A stretch of DNA of 64,000 nucleotides from the NCBI GenBank assembly GCA_043228905.1, contig JBHGNT010000003.1:25234001-25298000 (forward strand), written 5' to 3'. Positions 1-14,200 of the stretch are shown piece by piece (position 1 is the stretch's first letter; the number at the start of each line of letters is the position of its first letter). Source of the DNA: Azolla caroliniana (lineage: Eukaryota; Plantae; Polypodiophyta). The notes under the pieces were generated by a model. That model had not been told where the DNA came from. It saw only the letters and a program-made list of their open reading frames with translations, and made no database searches. The position numbers were made by a program, and so were the translations under genes.

Positions 1-78
1 TTCTTGTCTGTTCTTACCAAGTGTTACGGTTTTTCTTACGTAATCGTTTATCGGCAGCAAAGGATTCTCAACGCTCAC

Positions 79-328
79 GCTCTGATACCGTGTAAATTGT
101 TACGTGCAGAAGCTCGTAGACACAACCGGCTCTATCAAATAGCAACAAAAATAGAACAAAGGTTTAATGGAAAGCAACAGAAAAATACACAGAGAACGCG
201 GGAGACACATAGAGAGCATAATAGTAAAAAATCTATTTCAAAAATCACTCTATAAACTCTATACATACTAATGTGCTCAGAGAGCACTTTTGTACAAGTC
301 CTTAAAAGGACTGATAGAAGTACTAACA
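79..328 (-). mobile_element. 5' LTR plus primer-binding site of an LTR retrotransposon (probably Ty1/copia); the internal region runs off the left edge of the window
   Basis: The minus strand reads ...AATTTACA (LTR end at 91) followed directly by CGGTATCAGAGC (90-79), a one-base variant of the tRNA-iMet PBS TGGTATCAGAGC. The likely LTR start is TGTTAGTA at 328; that boundary is uncertain. Confidence 0.6.
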
Positions 329-3300
329 AGTACTTCAATGCTTGTAGTGAACGACAAACACTAACTACCAAAAAATTGCCTATGTACTAGGCTAGGATCA
401 TAGGCCTCTAACGGCCTATCGGTATCACACCGATCCGGCTCTCCATTCAGGATATCGATCCGATCGGTCTTCATCCGATCCGGCCCATGTTGAGCTAGTC
501 CGGTCATTACAAATTAAAACCATGTTAATATCTCTTGAATTGTGTTATCGAACAATGTGCGAGCTATTCTAACTTTACAATTTATTGGTTGAAGAGAACA
601 AGTCAAGAATTAAAAATTAGGCGAGTGGATTGAGTTGTGTGTGATGTGCTCATGATTATCTGGGTGAAGAAACACATCTTGAAATCTGAGTTCGTTTATT
701 TTGATTTGTCATTACAAATGTGCTAGTATTATAGGCTACATTACGTGATTATCGACAGCTTGGAAGGTGTAGAGCATCGTAGTCTAGGAGATATGGTATA
801 CAAATATGCTTGGCTATTGTATATACACATTACATCGGCCATCATGTGGGTCTATGGGATTTCAATGTGGTCTCCATTCCTCCAACTTTTGTACCTCGTT
901 CTTGTGTTCTTATAATACCAAGGTGTATCTCTAAAGGCTTGTGGGCCTCTAGAGGACCTCCTCAAAATGCAACCACCTCAAACTGAGGACAATGTTATTA
1001 GCATAACCTTATGGGACTCTAAAGGCTAATTCTGATGGTTTGGGTATAGGATGAGTGGAAGTCGATTATCCTGTGACTTTGGACAAACCCATAAATACTT
1101 GTGCCATTTGTGCAATTTGGGATCTGCCAATGGTGCTTTACATTTATCCCTAGAGCAATTGTGGTTAACCACATGAAAACCATTGTTTTAGGTTCTAATG
1201 TTTTCATGCAATGATCATCGTTAGTCATCGATTAGTTGTGTATTGCCCCCTCCAAGGAAAAATAGAATTCAACCACTTTGGTAATCATGTTTGTTTCATC
1301 AAAGCTTGGCGATTGAGCTTGATGATTAGTGATATTCTAGTAAATGTTGAAACACAATCATTTGGATCCTTGTAATTGTAGAATTTTGTATATGGGATGA
1401 TAATGACTATAACCCGATTAGCACATACATTAAGTTATGTTGATTGTGATCTAATTTTGAGCATAATATAATAGATTCTAATTGGTATTCATTGCAACAT
1501 TGTGAATAACTATGTTCGACAATTAGCTTTGTTTTTAAGTTTCTAGGAGCACAGTGTTCCATCTTCAACCACATTCGATCTTAATTCCAACATTCATTAT
1601 TAAAGTTCTTGAACATCGAGAGAGCCACTCACCAACTAGATACACTACTTTAAACGTTTCATTCTTGGTCAGTACAATTTGGCCTCCCACTACCCTTGTA
1701 AATTATATCTATCTCTCAAATTCAACAATACATTACAACATTCGCATTGGCCCCAACCAACAACTTCTCCAAAATTGATAGATCCTTGAAGTCAACCCAA
1801 CCTTCAATCATTTTCGCACCTTAATTCGAAGCAACTCTTTTAATTGTGAAATGCAATCAGAAACAGCTTGCAACATGGAAAACCCGTAAAATCTAATTGA
1901 TCTTATACCATGAGGCTTTCCACCCATAGCCACATTTGGGCCCTCAGCTTTCCCTAGCTCTTCATTGAATCACACCCCCTCCATAACACTCTCTTGAATA
2001 TCTAAAACCTCGCCATTGCCACTGATCTCATGATGCAAATGGGTCATCCATCATGAAATTCTCATAGCCCTGCCTACAAAAAAACCTAGTGTTTTGCGAT
2101 ACCACACTATTATTGGATTGGATGTCTCGACATGCCATCGCTGGAACACCAAACATATTGAATTGAGTAAGAAAACGTTGGTACGAAACCTCGGGAACAG
2201 TTCGTTGTATGCAATTCATAGTCCTTCATCAGTACAATCGGTCATTTTGAGTTCATCAGTACAACCAGTCATTTGAGTTGGTTAAATAAGAAATTTAAAG
2301 ATATATTTTGTGAATCTACAATCACATATATATGCAGCTATTGTTTTTACGTACATACAGAGTCCCATTTCTTGTAAAACATAATGAATGGCATTAATAT
2401 GTTATGCAATAATAGGGACAGTGACAAACTAAAGGTAGGATGTAGTACCATGGATGGGTATCAAATATAGGTAACAAATTACTGAGTCACCACCCTGAAG
2501 TAGATGTAGCTCATGTGGCCCTAATTAAGAACCCCCACCTTCCTAAAAGCACCTTTTCACTATCCAAGTGAAAGCTCCATCTGCTTGTAGTGTCCTCATC
2601 CATATCCACACACATTATTGGGACTTATGGCCACTCTCACTTGGCCTATAGCCCAAACTAAAAACACATCCTTGTAAACATTGTTAATTTTAGCTACCCA
2701 CGATCATGCCCCTCTTCCGGTAGATAGTAATGATCCATATGTGCAATATGCCTCTCGATTGATCATATGATTATGCCACACATTCGATGTATGATCACAC
2801 ACATCATAATGAACATTATGTTTTAATGCACTTAATGATGAATTAAAACCATGCATGAGTCTTTTACATTGGAACAACGATAGTTATTTGTTGATACTTA
2901 TAAACTACGTCATTGTTGGTTGGTCTTGGAAATGGCTACAAATGGTCCTAAGCGTGACGTCATTTGTAAGGATGATCAATTGATAGAAGGTTAGAATGGA
3001 CACTATTGTCCCGCCGTTTGAAATAATAATGTGATTATCTGAAACTATTTGCTTTAAGATCATTTGTCCGACTCTCTTTAGTTTTACATTTACACCCTAA
3101 AAAATAGTTGTAACCATCCAACTCATGTATCCATTGATTACTCGTGAGAAGTAGACGGCTAGTGGTAATTTTAAAGAGCCAACTTGTCTCCTACGCATTT
3201 GTTTGTTGTCCGGATACAGTTTTCATTTCCACATCATGTTGTCTTCGTATAGCCAATATGGGTACCTTGACATCAAGTTTACTAGGTTACACATCTTCAT

Positions 3301-5032
3301 GAGTAGACAAGTAGCATGGACGTACAAGTTAGGATACAAAAACCAACACATTAGAGAAAGCTTTACATTGTGGAGAAGGAAACACAATAGACCAAGTCGG
3401 ATCACCAACTCACTGCCGCACCTTATGCCAATCATATTCGGCCTATAACTTAAGATAATTACTCTAGTTCCTAGTGAGTTGGATTGCGCGTTATTTACTC
3501 GTCTCGTACTTACAGCACCCCCGTTTGGGTGGTTTCTGAGAATTCTTATGCAAAACAAGTGACGACCCACTCTCCACGTGAAAGGGGGTGTAATTTCTAG
3601 ATTTGCAATGAAATAACTAGAAGTACTTGGCCAAGATATGTTTGTTGGGTTCCCCCACATTTTATTTCAGGATATAAATAACTTAGTAAGTCTGCAAACT
3701 CCAAGGATTGCGATGATGATGCATGGCCTACCACTTGCAAAGTGCACTAGAAAAGCAAGACATAATAAGGAGGGAGATGAAAGTGAGAGGGTGGGATTGT
3801 TTGTGCAATGTGCATTATATGACGAGAGGGAGGCAAGAGAGAGAATGTGCAATGTGTGTTGTGTGTTGTGTGTTGTGTACTTTTAAGGAGGTATGCAATA
3901 TGCAATGCGCATTATATGATAAGACAGTAGCACGAACTTTCGCATGATTTGCGCATTAAGAGTTGTAGTGCGTGGTCTACCACTGTAATCATATAGTGTT
4001 GAGGGAAAAAAGAGCATGAGTACACACTCACTTTCTATATATTTTCGTTTTGCTCGCCTTGTCTCTCTATATTGCTATCTAAGCAAGTGGGAAAACAACT
4101 AAAAAGCCTTCCATAAACTCAGACACCAGAGGGATTGGACAGAGGAAAAGAGAAAGGGAGAAAGAGAGAGATGGTCGTACAAGGCGCAACCCTAGAAGAA
4201 AATAGGAAAGATGGAATGCACATGACATAACGAGAGAGTGTGTGAGTGAGAGCATAGAAATTTGCAATTCGATAGTGAAAAGGGAGAAAGGAGATAGGGA
4301 AATGTACGAGCTTCAAGCCCGAGGAGGGGCGGAGTGATAAAGGCTCGAGAACAACGAGCTCATGAGACATAGAGAGAGAAGATTAGATGAAGTTAGAAGC
4401 TAATGAATTATGAAGTCATAATTTGGGGTCATCAGTTCGTCGACGCATTGATGTGAGGTTTAGCGTTCGTTTCGAAGTAGGGATGTTTTTCACATCCATA
4501 CATACATAGATAGATACATGGTATATAAGTAAAATAAAGATGTGTGCCAAAGCAATAAGGTTTTGATGAATTTGATTATGACCTTGATATGACGAGCCAA
4601 AGGTTTGCTAAGGTTGTTGCGACTTAATACATGTTTTTTTTTTCCCAAAATGAAGCTACTTTCCCATTAGTTAGGAAGAAGCGACTTAATACATGCTAAT
4701 AATATCAATGCATGCATCTGCATCCGGACCAACTAAATCGTGATGTTCGAATCGGACCATTGGAGATATAAGCCCATGTGTGCTAGGTATATATGTACTA
4801 ACTAAGCACAGGTTATGGTCGAGGTGAGATAGGGTTTTTTCGTGTGTATGATGACGATGATGATGATTAGCATGGGGCGTGAAGGTTTTTGAGAAAAGAA
4901 AATGTGAGGGAGTCCGGGAAGAGAGAACATGAGGTGTTATTCCGGGGGGAAGTGTGTTGGCCGGGGATCGCAAGATGACCGTTCGATCGAGTGAAGGGAT
5001 GGCCGGGAAAAACCAACAAACAAACTCTCTCA

Positions 5033-5345
5033 CCACACACACACACACACACACACACACAAATACACGTACTCGCTTGGTTCAAAGGGCCAGAATGAAA
5101 AGCCCTTTTTCTTTCTCTTTTATTTTTCACCCTCTTTGTCCATGTTGATGTCCGGCCGTCTGTCCACCCGGCCGGCCGGCCGGCCGGCAGCTCTCTCTGT
5201 CTACTTCGTTTGTTCTCAGCATGATCCGGCAGGTCTACCTCCTCTTCTGTCTTCTTCTGTCTCCTTCTTCTCTCTTCTTCTTGGGCCTTCCTGATTTCGC
5301 GGCGTGCAGATAAAACCTGCTGTTTCCTTCCAGACGGATTATAGA

Positions 5346-5395
<50 letters not shown>

Positions 5396-5445
5396 CACGC
5401 AGCACAGTAGTCACAGACAGACAGAGACAGACAGACAGACAGACA
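5033..5445. repeat. Microsatellite cluster upstream of the TCP gene: (AC)n, (CCGG)n, (GA)n, (GACA)n
   Basis: Visible directly: (AC)n ~5033-5060, (CCGG)n ~5167-5188, (GA)n ~5350-5391, (GACA)n ~5415-5445. Confidence 0.9.
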
Positions 5446-6167
5446 GAAAATGAGGAAAAAGTAAATCTTAACAAATTTTACCCCCTCTTCGCCTTCATTA
5501 ACTACCGCCATTAAATTCTGGCTTCCTTTTTTCTCTTCCTTCTCCTTCTTCTCTTGTTTTATTTTTATTTTTATTCTTATTCTTATTTTTATTTTTATTT
5601 TCTCATCCCTTCCCTTCCCTTCCTGCCAGATTATTAATTAAGCAAATATGGATTAATTAATCGATATACGTATTTCTTCGATTTTTTAACGCTTGTTTTC
5701 ATTCCTCAGCTTCTACCCAAACTCCCTCTACTTCACATTATTAATTTATTTATTTAAATAAAAATTAATTTGTTCTGCTTTTCTTGTCTCAATCTAAATA
5801 TGTACATACATACATACATACATATATTTCTTTTAAATAATAATTAATTTCAGTCCCTTCTTCCCTATCTCATTTTCTTCGTCTCTCATCTTCTACATAA
5901 TCTTCTTGTAATCCCAGTTCTTAATCAGAGAACACTAACTTTCTCGTTCTTTTAATCTCTAATCTTCCTCTAATTCTAATTACCTCTAATCCCTAATTAC
6001 CTCTAATTACCTCTTCAAATCCTCATCCCTAATCAGTAATCTCCGTGTAATCCTCTCCTACCCTGATCAGTAATCTGCTCTCCAATTCTAATTTGTCCTC
6101 CCTTTCTCTGTTGTCCCTATCCTTTTCTAATTCTGTTTTTTATTTCTCCCTTTCTTATAAAACTTTC

Positions 6168-7916
6168 ATGTCTAAAGAAGAAGAAGAGGAGGAAGATGAC
6201 TGGATTAATCGTCATGATAATGATATTAATAATGTAATTCCTGCATATCTATGGCAGAGTTATGCTACTAATAGTACTAATACTCCTGGGAGCCTGATAA
6301 ATCTGGCCACTCGCCCAGCTAATCAAGCGATCAATCCTCTAATCACCCCTCCAAACCCCACGATTAGTGTTAATCACCCCCTAACTCACTCTCACTACAA
6401 TCCAATCTCATATCCAAATCATGTGTTAAAAACCCCACCTAATTACAACAATAATCATCCTGCGATATCATCATCATACAATTATTCGGCAGCGCCCATT
6501 AATAACAGTTATAGCAATAACAATAACAGTAATACAAACAGCATCTACTATATTCCGATTCCCGATCCAATTATGCACAATAATAACAGCAATAATTTGC
6601 TATCGTATAATGAACAGCATCTGTATAATTATAACAGCAGTAATATAGTGGGTCAGAATTATGGAATGAGCAACAACAATGCTAGCAGTAATAGTAATCC
6701 TAATAGCAGCAACATGATGGGGATGGATCATCCGACGAGCAGCAACGTGATGATGATGGATCAATCAACCACCATAATCGCTAACCCTAACCCTAACCTT
6801 TATCATTCAGATTACAGCAACATGGGAAATTATATTTATGCAACCACACAATCGCTACTGAACCATAGCCAGAATATGGAAACTCTGAATAATCATCCAA
6901 CAGCGAATTACACATACATGGATATGCTCAATCCCACAGCTAATTATAACAGTTATACAATGGCTAGCACTACCGGTAATACAATGATGAGTTCACGATC
7001 ATCAAATGAGAGGAACAGTGTTGCAGGGATTCCTAATTACATCACCAAGGAGAAGAGGAAGAGCTCTGATGACAGCCACGATGATTTCAACAAGAACTCC
7101 GATGCAAATCAGGCCAAAAGCGTAAGGTATAGGAGGAGCGGGAAGGATTTGATGAGTACCCCAGCGGCGCCGTCACAATTAGCGGCGAGCTTAAACGATG
7201 ACGGCGATGGCAACGATGACGAAGAGGATGATGACGAAGATGACGATGAAGATGATGATGATAATGATGAAGATGACGGTGACGGTGACGGTGACGGTGA
7301 CGGTGACAGTGACGGAGATGGTGATCATGGAGAAGGAGAAGTGAGGGGTAGAGGTGGGTCACACGGCATGAGGAATATTCGGAGGAGTAGGAGGAGTAGT
7401 AGTAGTAGTGGGGCGCCATTGCCCTGCAGCCTACTACTACACAACCCCACGGCAATAGGTCGGCAGCAACACCGGCAGCTCGGGGCACCATCGGCACCAT
7501 CGGCACGTGCACGAACCAACGCATCGGCAAATGTCGTGCTACCCGCTCACACTCCTCGTGCCGCCAAGACATCGGCCCCTACGGCCCGAGGACGGGCCGC
7601 TTCCCCAGGCCTCTTCCTCCAAGGGGAATCGGTCGGCCGGGGTACGATCACATCGAGTAGTAGTAGTAGTAAGGACCGGCACAGCAAGGTCCAGACATCC
7701 AAGGGGCTGCGCGACCGGCGCGTGCGCTTGTCCGTGGCCACCGCCCTCCAATTCTACGACATCCAGGACCGCCTTGGCTTCCAGCAACCGAGTCGCGTCT
7801 TCGAATGGCTCATCGACAAAGCGAAGCCCGCCATCCAACGCCTCCCCCGGCCCCCCCCATCCACACTCCCACACCATCCCAATCCCAATCCCAATCCCAA
7901 TCCTAATCCCAAATGA
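6168..7916 (+). CDS. Class II (CIN-like) TCP transcription factor, intronless, ~582 aa
   Basis: First ATG at 6168 in the 6093-7916 ORF. TCP domain [55 protein letters not shown] (~7671-7840) resembles CIN-clade TCP2/TCP24. The rest is N-rich, D/DG-repeat and poly-S low-complexity sequence. Confidence 0.9.
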   Translation: MSKEEEEEEDDWINRHDNDINNVIPAYLWQSYATNSTNTPGSLINLATRPANQAINPLITPPNPTISVNHPLTHSHYNPISYPNHVLKTPPNYNNNHPAISSSYNYSAAPINNSYSNNNNSNTNSIYYIPIPDPIMHNNNSNNLLSYNEQHLYNYNSSNIVGQNYGMSNNNASSNSNPNSSNMMGMDHPTSSNVMMMDQSTTIIANPNPNLYHSDYSNMGNYIYATTQSLLNHSQNMETLNNHPTANYTYMDMLNPTANYNSYTMASTTGNTMMSSRSSNERNSVAGIPNYITKEKRKSSDDSHDDFNKNSDANQAKSVRYRRSGKDLMSTPAAPSQLAASLNDDGDGNDDEEDDDEDDDEDDDDNDEDDGDGDGDGDGDSDGDGDHGEGEVRGRGGSHGMRNIRRSRRSSSSSGAPLPCSLLLHNPTAIGRQQHRQLGAPSAPSARARTNASANVVLPAHTPRAAKTSAPTARGRAASPGLFLQGESVGRGTITSSSSSSKDRHSKVQTSKGLRDRRVRLSVATALQFYDIQDRLGFQQPSRVFEWLIDKAKPAIQRLPRPPPSTLPHHPNPNPNPNPNPK

Positions 7917-10900
7917 CCCCACCTCCACATTCTCATCCACACACTCATGACAAACAAAATTTAGGTCTAGTTCAGTAGTAGTAGTAAGTAGTCCATGATA
8001 ACACGCCCCATTGTAAGCTCGACAACAACTTCCCGGACCGCACATGTACCCCCCCCCCCCCCCCCTATATACATATATTAGTCGGTCCGTTGTCGTTGTC
8101 GAGTCGACTCGACGACAAATTAGTAGCCTCTGTCTGTGTCTGTCCCTATGCTTGTAGGCTGCTTCCCATCATCAGTGGTACCTGGAGCTACTCTACTAAT
8201 TGGCCTTAACAATGACAGTATCATGCCCAGACTCCAGCTCCAGCTGGGTAATCAAGATTCTTGATGGGTTTTACAATCTACTCCAACACTTTGGACATGA
8301 CCATTGAGGACACTCTCTTTTTCTCTCTCTCTCTCTCTATATATATAATATATGTCCATTACATGGGCAAGCTACCTACCTTCACTATATGCATACATAT
8401 GTCCATGTGAACCCAACACAAGTAGGTCTCTCATCATAGCATTATACTCCTCAAAAAGCTATTTTTCACTATACCCATGGACAAGTACTTAGTATGTATA
8501 TGGCCATCAGCTGAGATATACCATCTTCGTCCATTGAAGCTCCAGCATGACACCACTATACCACATTACCGTCGGTCATAATCAACACTATAAAATAACT
8601 TCGATATACCAGAGTAAATTCATGAGCTCCAAGAAGTTTTCTCGGGCTCACACCTATTGTTGTTACTCAAGTGACTATTCACTCGCTCGAATGCAATAAT
8701 AATACAGGCATATATAAATTTGTAATCTCCGTCAGAATAAATCCTCAATATTGTGGGTTTTGTGTTTTCATGGAATCATCCAACAACAAATTGCACGAGA
8801 TAAGTCGAACATAAAGCATCGATGGTACCTCCGGTTCCTTTGTCATCATGATGATGACTACTCTGTATCGATCTCACAAGTACCATCATCATATTACCCT
8901 TCCAAGTAAGAGTCCTTCTCCTTCCAAACTATTCATGTTATATCAAGATCTTAACTTCCATAGATATACATTAAATGGATTACAACACTTGCCCATTGGT
9001 AATTATAGTTGTATTAATATTCATCGAGCACTTCAATATTAGTAAAGTGTTCACATTTACCAATGTATGGGAGAGTCGCTCTAATAGTGGCTTGCCCAAG
9101 TTTGAGTTTCTACTTTACATCAGTTTCATAATTTCCTTCGTTTTATTATAATCATTACTAAATAATAACTTTTAGGTAAAACTCGGCCTACTAAGTCTTC
9201 CTTCTTCTTTTAATGCCTCTTTAAGTTTTTTCTCTGATATTTCTCCAAATGCTATGTTTAAAACTTTAATGTCCCTCACAAAAACAGGTAATGATGGAAA
9301 AGTTGAGCAGCAAATTGACCACATACTTACTCAAACTAATGCACATTGTACACGAATGCAAGTTAGTGACAATGCTTAGTATCCTTCTATAAACATAGGT
9401 TATTGCCCTTTAGACCAATAGTATAGATCCTTGATTTGATATTTAATATTCTTGATTTGATCACTATCACAACAGATAAGTGGTACATACCAAACATGTA
9501 TAGATAACTAATTAATATATGTCCTCCAAACTTTTGAGTCCTATATTATGGCACCCCTAAAAGACATTTATTTCCGAGCTATGTCAAAGACTTGCCTCTA
9601 ATTTTTACAATACACCATGGCCAAATGTCCGGCCAGTTATTATACCTTATAAGCCTTCTATCGATGATTTTGTCGGCAGCGAAATTTCAAGAAGTCAGGA
9701 TTCTTGCATACATATATATGATTGTAACTAGTGCTGGAATTGCTATCAATATGCAATTATCCACTATTTTGTCCATAATTTTGACAGTACATTAGCCAAG
9801 TATTTGCAGATCAGCCCTATTGTCTTTCCAAAACAAAGTATTGATTCTTTCACTCAATGGCCTCGATGACCAGTTTTGCAGAGTTTTAATCATACTTTTG
9901 CTCATAGTTAGGATCAATCAGAGCCAATAACTCTACATGGCCGGAACTGTCAGACATTTTTTAAATAAATAAATAAAAATCAGATATATAAACGCCAAAG
10001 AATAAGTGAGTGTAAACCCCAAACTCAAAACCCTAAACATTCAAACAATAAAGTGGAAATTGTAAACCCTAAAACCTATCCGCAAACCACAACATTCTTA
10101 ACTATAAACCCTTTACAGTTCCTGAAACACCAAGCCCGAAACCTCAAAGAATATAGCAATTCTGACTAGCTATGTATTATGTTTTAATTAGAGAAGGTTA
10201 GAATTTTGCAACTAGCGATCCCAATAGACGACAACCACCTCTCAAACGCGAATCGAAAACTGGACAGGTTTTCTATGAGACAATCAACAAATTAAACTAC
10301 TCATTGGAAAAAACTTCCAAATGTTAATACACATTATATCTTTCCAAAGCCCCGAGTATTTTCAGGGCATTTTGAAGAGGTAATGTTCATATATACTTTA
10401 AATTGGTAATTGCTGTTCATTTTTGTTCTCTTAATTACAAAAGCTGATATTTGCTACAGTTTTATATAAATGCCATTAACATCATCAATAGAAATATCGA
10501 GAGTGTCGACAATAATGCGGATAATGTTGGTGACACTTTGATGCGAATCAGAGTGCGGCCATTATATGGACACTCAAAACAAACTCAAACAATTTGAAAC
10601 AAGCCCAAAAATACCCATATTGATCTGAACAATAAGCCCCGGTGCTAAATATATTTATCGGACACTTCAATTGCTTTTTTGATTGCGTTGATGGTTTTGC
10701 ATTTGTTTTGTCGAAAATATCAACATTATAATTTTAGACTAATTTGCTAACAACTTTCAACCAGAAATTAGCACATCTGGTCGAAAGGAAATGGAGAGAA
10801 CATAAACTAAAATATCTTGGGTTGCTAAATATAAAAACCATGGGGATGGGAATGCCCCTCATCAAATAAACAAGCAAAAAAACAATATGCCATAACCACA

Positions 10901-11039
10901 ATATTGTGCTCTTTCTTCTAATAATGAAAGAAAAGAATGTTCTCAATTATATGTCGAGAACATGTATAGTTTATATATACATCATTGAAATGATACAACA
11001 TGATCAGCAAGCTGGGATAAACAAAACAAAATCATACTA

Positions 11040-11278
11040 AAAGAAAACAAAAGTTTATCTATCCATAGACTTTAGAAATATAATTATTGACCGATCTCGT
11101 GAGGGCCAAGCCGACAATGTCATGGTATAAGTACCCGTCAACACAACATCACAATATAATATGATAAAGAAAACAAAATTTTATCTATCCATAGACTTTA
11201 GAAATATAAGTATTGACCGATCTCGTGAGGGCCAAGCCGACAATGTCATGGTATAAGCTCCCCTCAACACAACATCAT
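11040..11278. repeat. Tandem duplication, ~112-bp core with a 126-bp period, 2 copies
   Basis: AAGAAAACAAAA..TATCTATCCATAGACTTTAGAAATATAA..GACCGATCTCGTGAGGGCCAAGCCGACAATGTCATGGTATAAG..CAACACAACATCA begins at 11041 and at 11167, nearly identical. Confidence 0.9.
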
Positions 11279-14200
11279 GAGAATGTATAAACATGAATCC
11301 CAGTTAATCCTCCAGTCCATCGGCTTTATGAAGATAATCGACTGGTCTTGTGGCTAAGCTGGCAGGGTCATCATAGCTCTCCTCATCACTACATGAGAAT
11401 TAAACATGAATCCCATCAATGTGTTGAAGACTGTCAATGCCTCACACTACATTATTGACCTCTGTCTATTTCCATTCCTGAGAGGGAAAACTGGGGTCTG
11501 CTTGTTTTGTCATGAGATTATGCTCATTTCCTATTGGTTTTCCTATGAACCATAGGATGATGACTCCTTAGCATGTTGTATATTTTTGTTGTAACTGTGT
11601 TTTCACATTATGGGAGAACATGTTAGGTGACTATTTCATGCTTCGAGAATTGGACGCTTTGTCAAATCGTATGGTTTGGTTGGATTGTTCTGATCGGGGG
11701 ATTCTGCTCATCTGGTTCCTTATAAAAGTTGTTGTCTCATAGTAGTGTTGGTGGTGGTGGTAGTGTTGTTAGTGTTCTTCTTCTTCTTGTTCGTTCAATG
11801 ATCGGTTGTGCAATAGAACACGAGCTGTGTAATGTTAGTAGTGTGGGGGAGGACACCTCGACGTGAAGCTTTGTTTGCTCATAGTGGCCTTCATTTGTTC
11901 CAACCTACCATTTCCTACAAGTTTGTTTGACATTTTTAGCCCCCTCCCTATATTGGTTATTTTGAGTTGGCACCTCCTAATTTCCTCATTGCTTGTCTAT
12001 AACATTTTGCTTGATCTTGTTGTTGAATGATTTCTCCGTCCACCGTAGTTCATTGTGGCTTAACACCCTTTCCAATATTCCCCAAGCTTTTCATGTGATC
12101 GTAATCTCTTATTGGCCTTACCTTTTACACATATAGAACTTCCATTACTCCAACTGAGTAGCAATGCGTGGTTCCTTAATGTGTTTGTGAATTATTCATC
12201 TCCAAGGAATTCCATTTCATGTGACTTCCATGTATTGCTTCAATGTGTTTGTTGCGGGAACAAGTTACTGGTTTGGTTTTAGTAAGGAGAAACGGAGCTT
12301 CCCTCATTTTCTTGTTTCGTTTTAATATGGGAGCTCATCCTTGCTTCCCATACTGTTATGATTTTCTTAGAGTCTCCATGCTTCACTTATTTTCCTTTTA
12401 TTGATGTTAACTGAGAGCTTTCATGCTACCCATATGTTTTCCTATATGTCTATGTCTTGCGCTTGATGCCTATCATCCCAAGCACCGACACTTAATGTTT
12501 ACTACTTCTAGTAGGTTCACAAGACTTAGCCTTGGGTCCTTTTAATACTAGTAATGTTACCATATCCATCATCAAGCAATTTCATTCCTCACTTCTAACC
12601 CTTAGAACTCTTGTTTTCTCCACTAATGATTTCTACCAAACACGTGCTTCGACAGGTTGAGTGTATTTTACCATGGTCCTAGGTTCTTTGTGCATCTATG
12701 GGGAACTTAGTTCATCACTCTTGACTCATATCTCATGCTTATGTTCCTTGTTTACTTTCTTTTACTTCCTTAGGCCTTTAGTTTATAGTTACATCTTCGT
12801 CTCGCCATGGAGAAGGGTGATATTCCTCTTCCTTTGAGCTCTTTAACCCTTAACTTTGGAACTATTTATCTTAATCATTATTTTGTATAAATTTATTGGT
12901 GTTGGCTGAGGATCCACTGCAAGTTACTCACAATCATGTTATTTTTTGTTTCTTAATTTACTTGAGTTGTTATCTAGTTGATATTCGGTCAAGATGCATG
13001 GTTGGAAGGTTCCACATTAAAGTTTGAGAGCAATTTGTGCAAACCCCAATGGTGGATAGGAGGCCTTTCTAGTTGTCCAAGAAAATTGTGGCGACAATTA
13101 GTTCACGCCATGGACTCTTTTCTACCCTTCTTAATGTGCTACATATCCACATTGCCTGTAGGGGTTTTGTACAAGTGGACCCGGGGCCCTATTGGTTTGT
13201 TTACTCACCAAAACCAAGGACGGGATTTTCCATTAAGAAGAGAAGAGGTTTTCACATTACAACTTGAATGGATGAACCTTCTTACAAGGTTTGGAATTTC
13301 AATTGTTAGCTATTAAATGCGAAATATAATGGGCACTCCTCATCTCTCTTACAAGTGTTCCTTTAAAGTCCTCAACATAGATACTAACATCTTAGTATTA
13401 TACATGCAAGAGACCTCAAGCTCATATGCATTATCGAGGCCTTTCCATTTGTCTTTAGCTGATTTCACACTTTGGTTGTTTACATTGTTTGTCATGAGCT
13501 TTCAATGACAAATCTCAATGGCCATGAGTGAGATTATCCCTTCCAATGGATTAATGTTCAAGACTACTCTAGTTTATTCATGTTAAATTTTTATCTTTAG
13601 GCAATTATTTCACACTTTCTTTGTTTAGATGATTTGTGTGCTTCTTACGGGTTGTTACTCCATCACTAATCTCAACCCCATGAGTGAGATTATCCTTTGT
13701 GATGCATTATGTTGAAGTCTATCCTAGTCTCTTAATGCTAAAACTCTCTCCCTTTACAAATCCTCTCCAATTTGAGCATTGTTTGTGCCAAGGCCACCAC
13801 TAAACAATCATGCCCTATGGTTCAATTTTCTATTGTTGTTTCAATTATTTAATCACCTAAACATGTCTAGTAACCTTTTATTATTGGTCTTTCCATATAA
13901 CTAAATTCCTTTGTGTGAAGAAGGGGATGGAAATATGGGCACACCTCAAGTTACCAAAATTATCTAGCAAACCAAGATGAGAGAAACTATGACACATGGA
14001 AATACACAGCGTGAATAAGTCTCTTTATTCATGATCATTAAAATACAATTGTGGATCAAATAAGAACCAAAAGATTGATTTGATGCATTAGACCATGGTC
14101 AAAAATCATAAATTCTCTTGGATTGTCTATTTAGTGAAGTATTTTGTTTATTGTAGTAAGGGAATGAGAGCAATTGTCATTTGCCTACCCCATTGCCATT

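Noticed and set aside
900-4500. Probable decayed transposon coding sequence (also ~11600-18000, ~32800-34100, ~40900-42000 and ~49000-53000)
   Set aside because: Only hints were seen (a LINE ORF1-like stretch near 13000, a SWIM-like remnant near 17750-17870, a DDE-like remnant near 33150). There were no termini or clear motifs, so no family can be assigned without a repeat-library search.
4686-5511. ORFs of 124-214 aa upstream of the TCP gene
   Set aside because: They are kept open by (AC)n/(GA)n microsatellites (SLSLSL, CVCVCV) and lack an authentic start or domain.
7087-8045. Several antisense and alternative-frame ORFs over the TCP gene (similarly over the transporter exon 1 and the UGT)
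   Set aside because: Shadow ORFs caused by GC-rich, repeat-rich coding sequence; no independent motifs.
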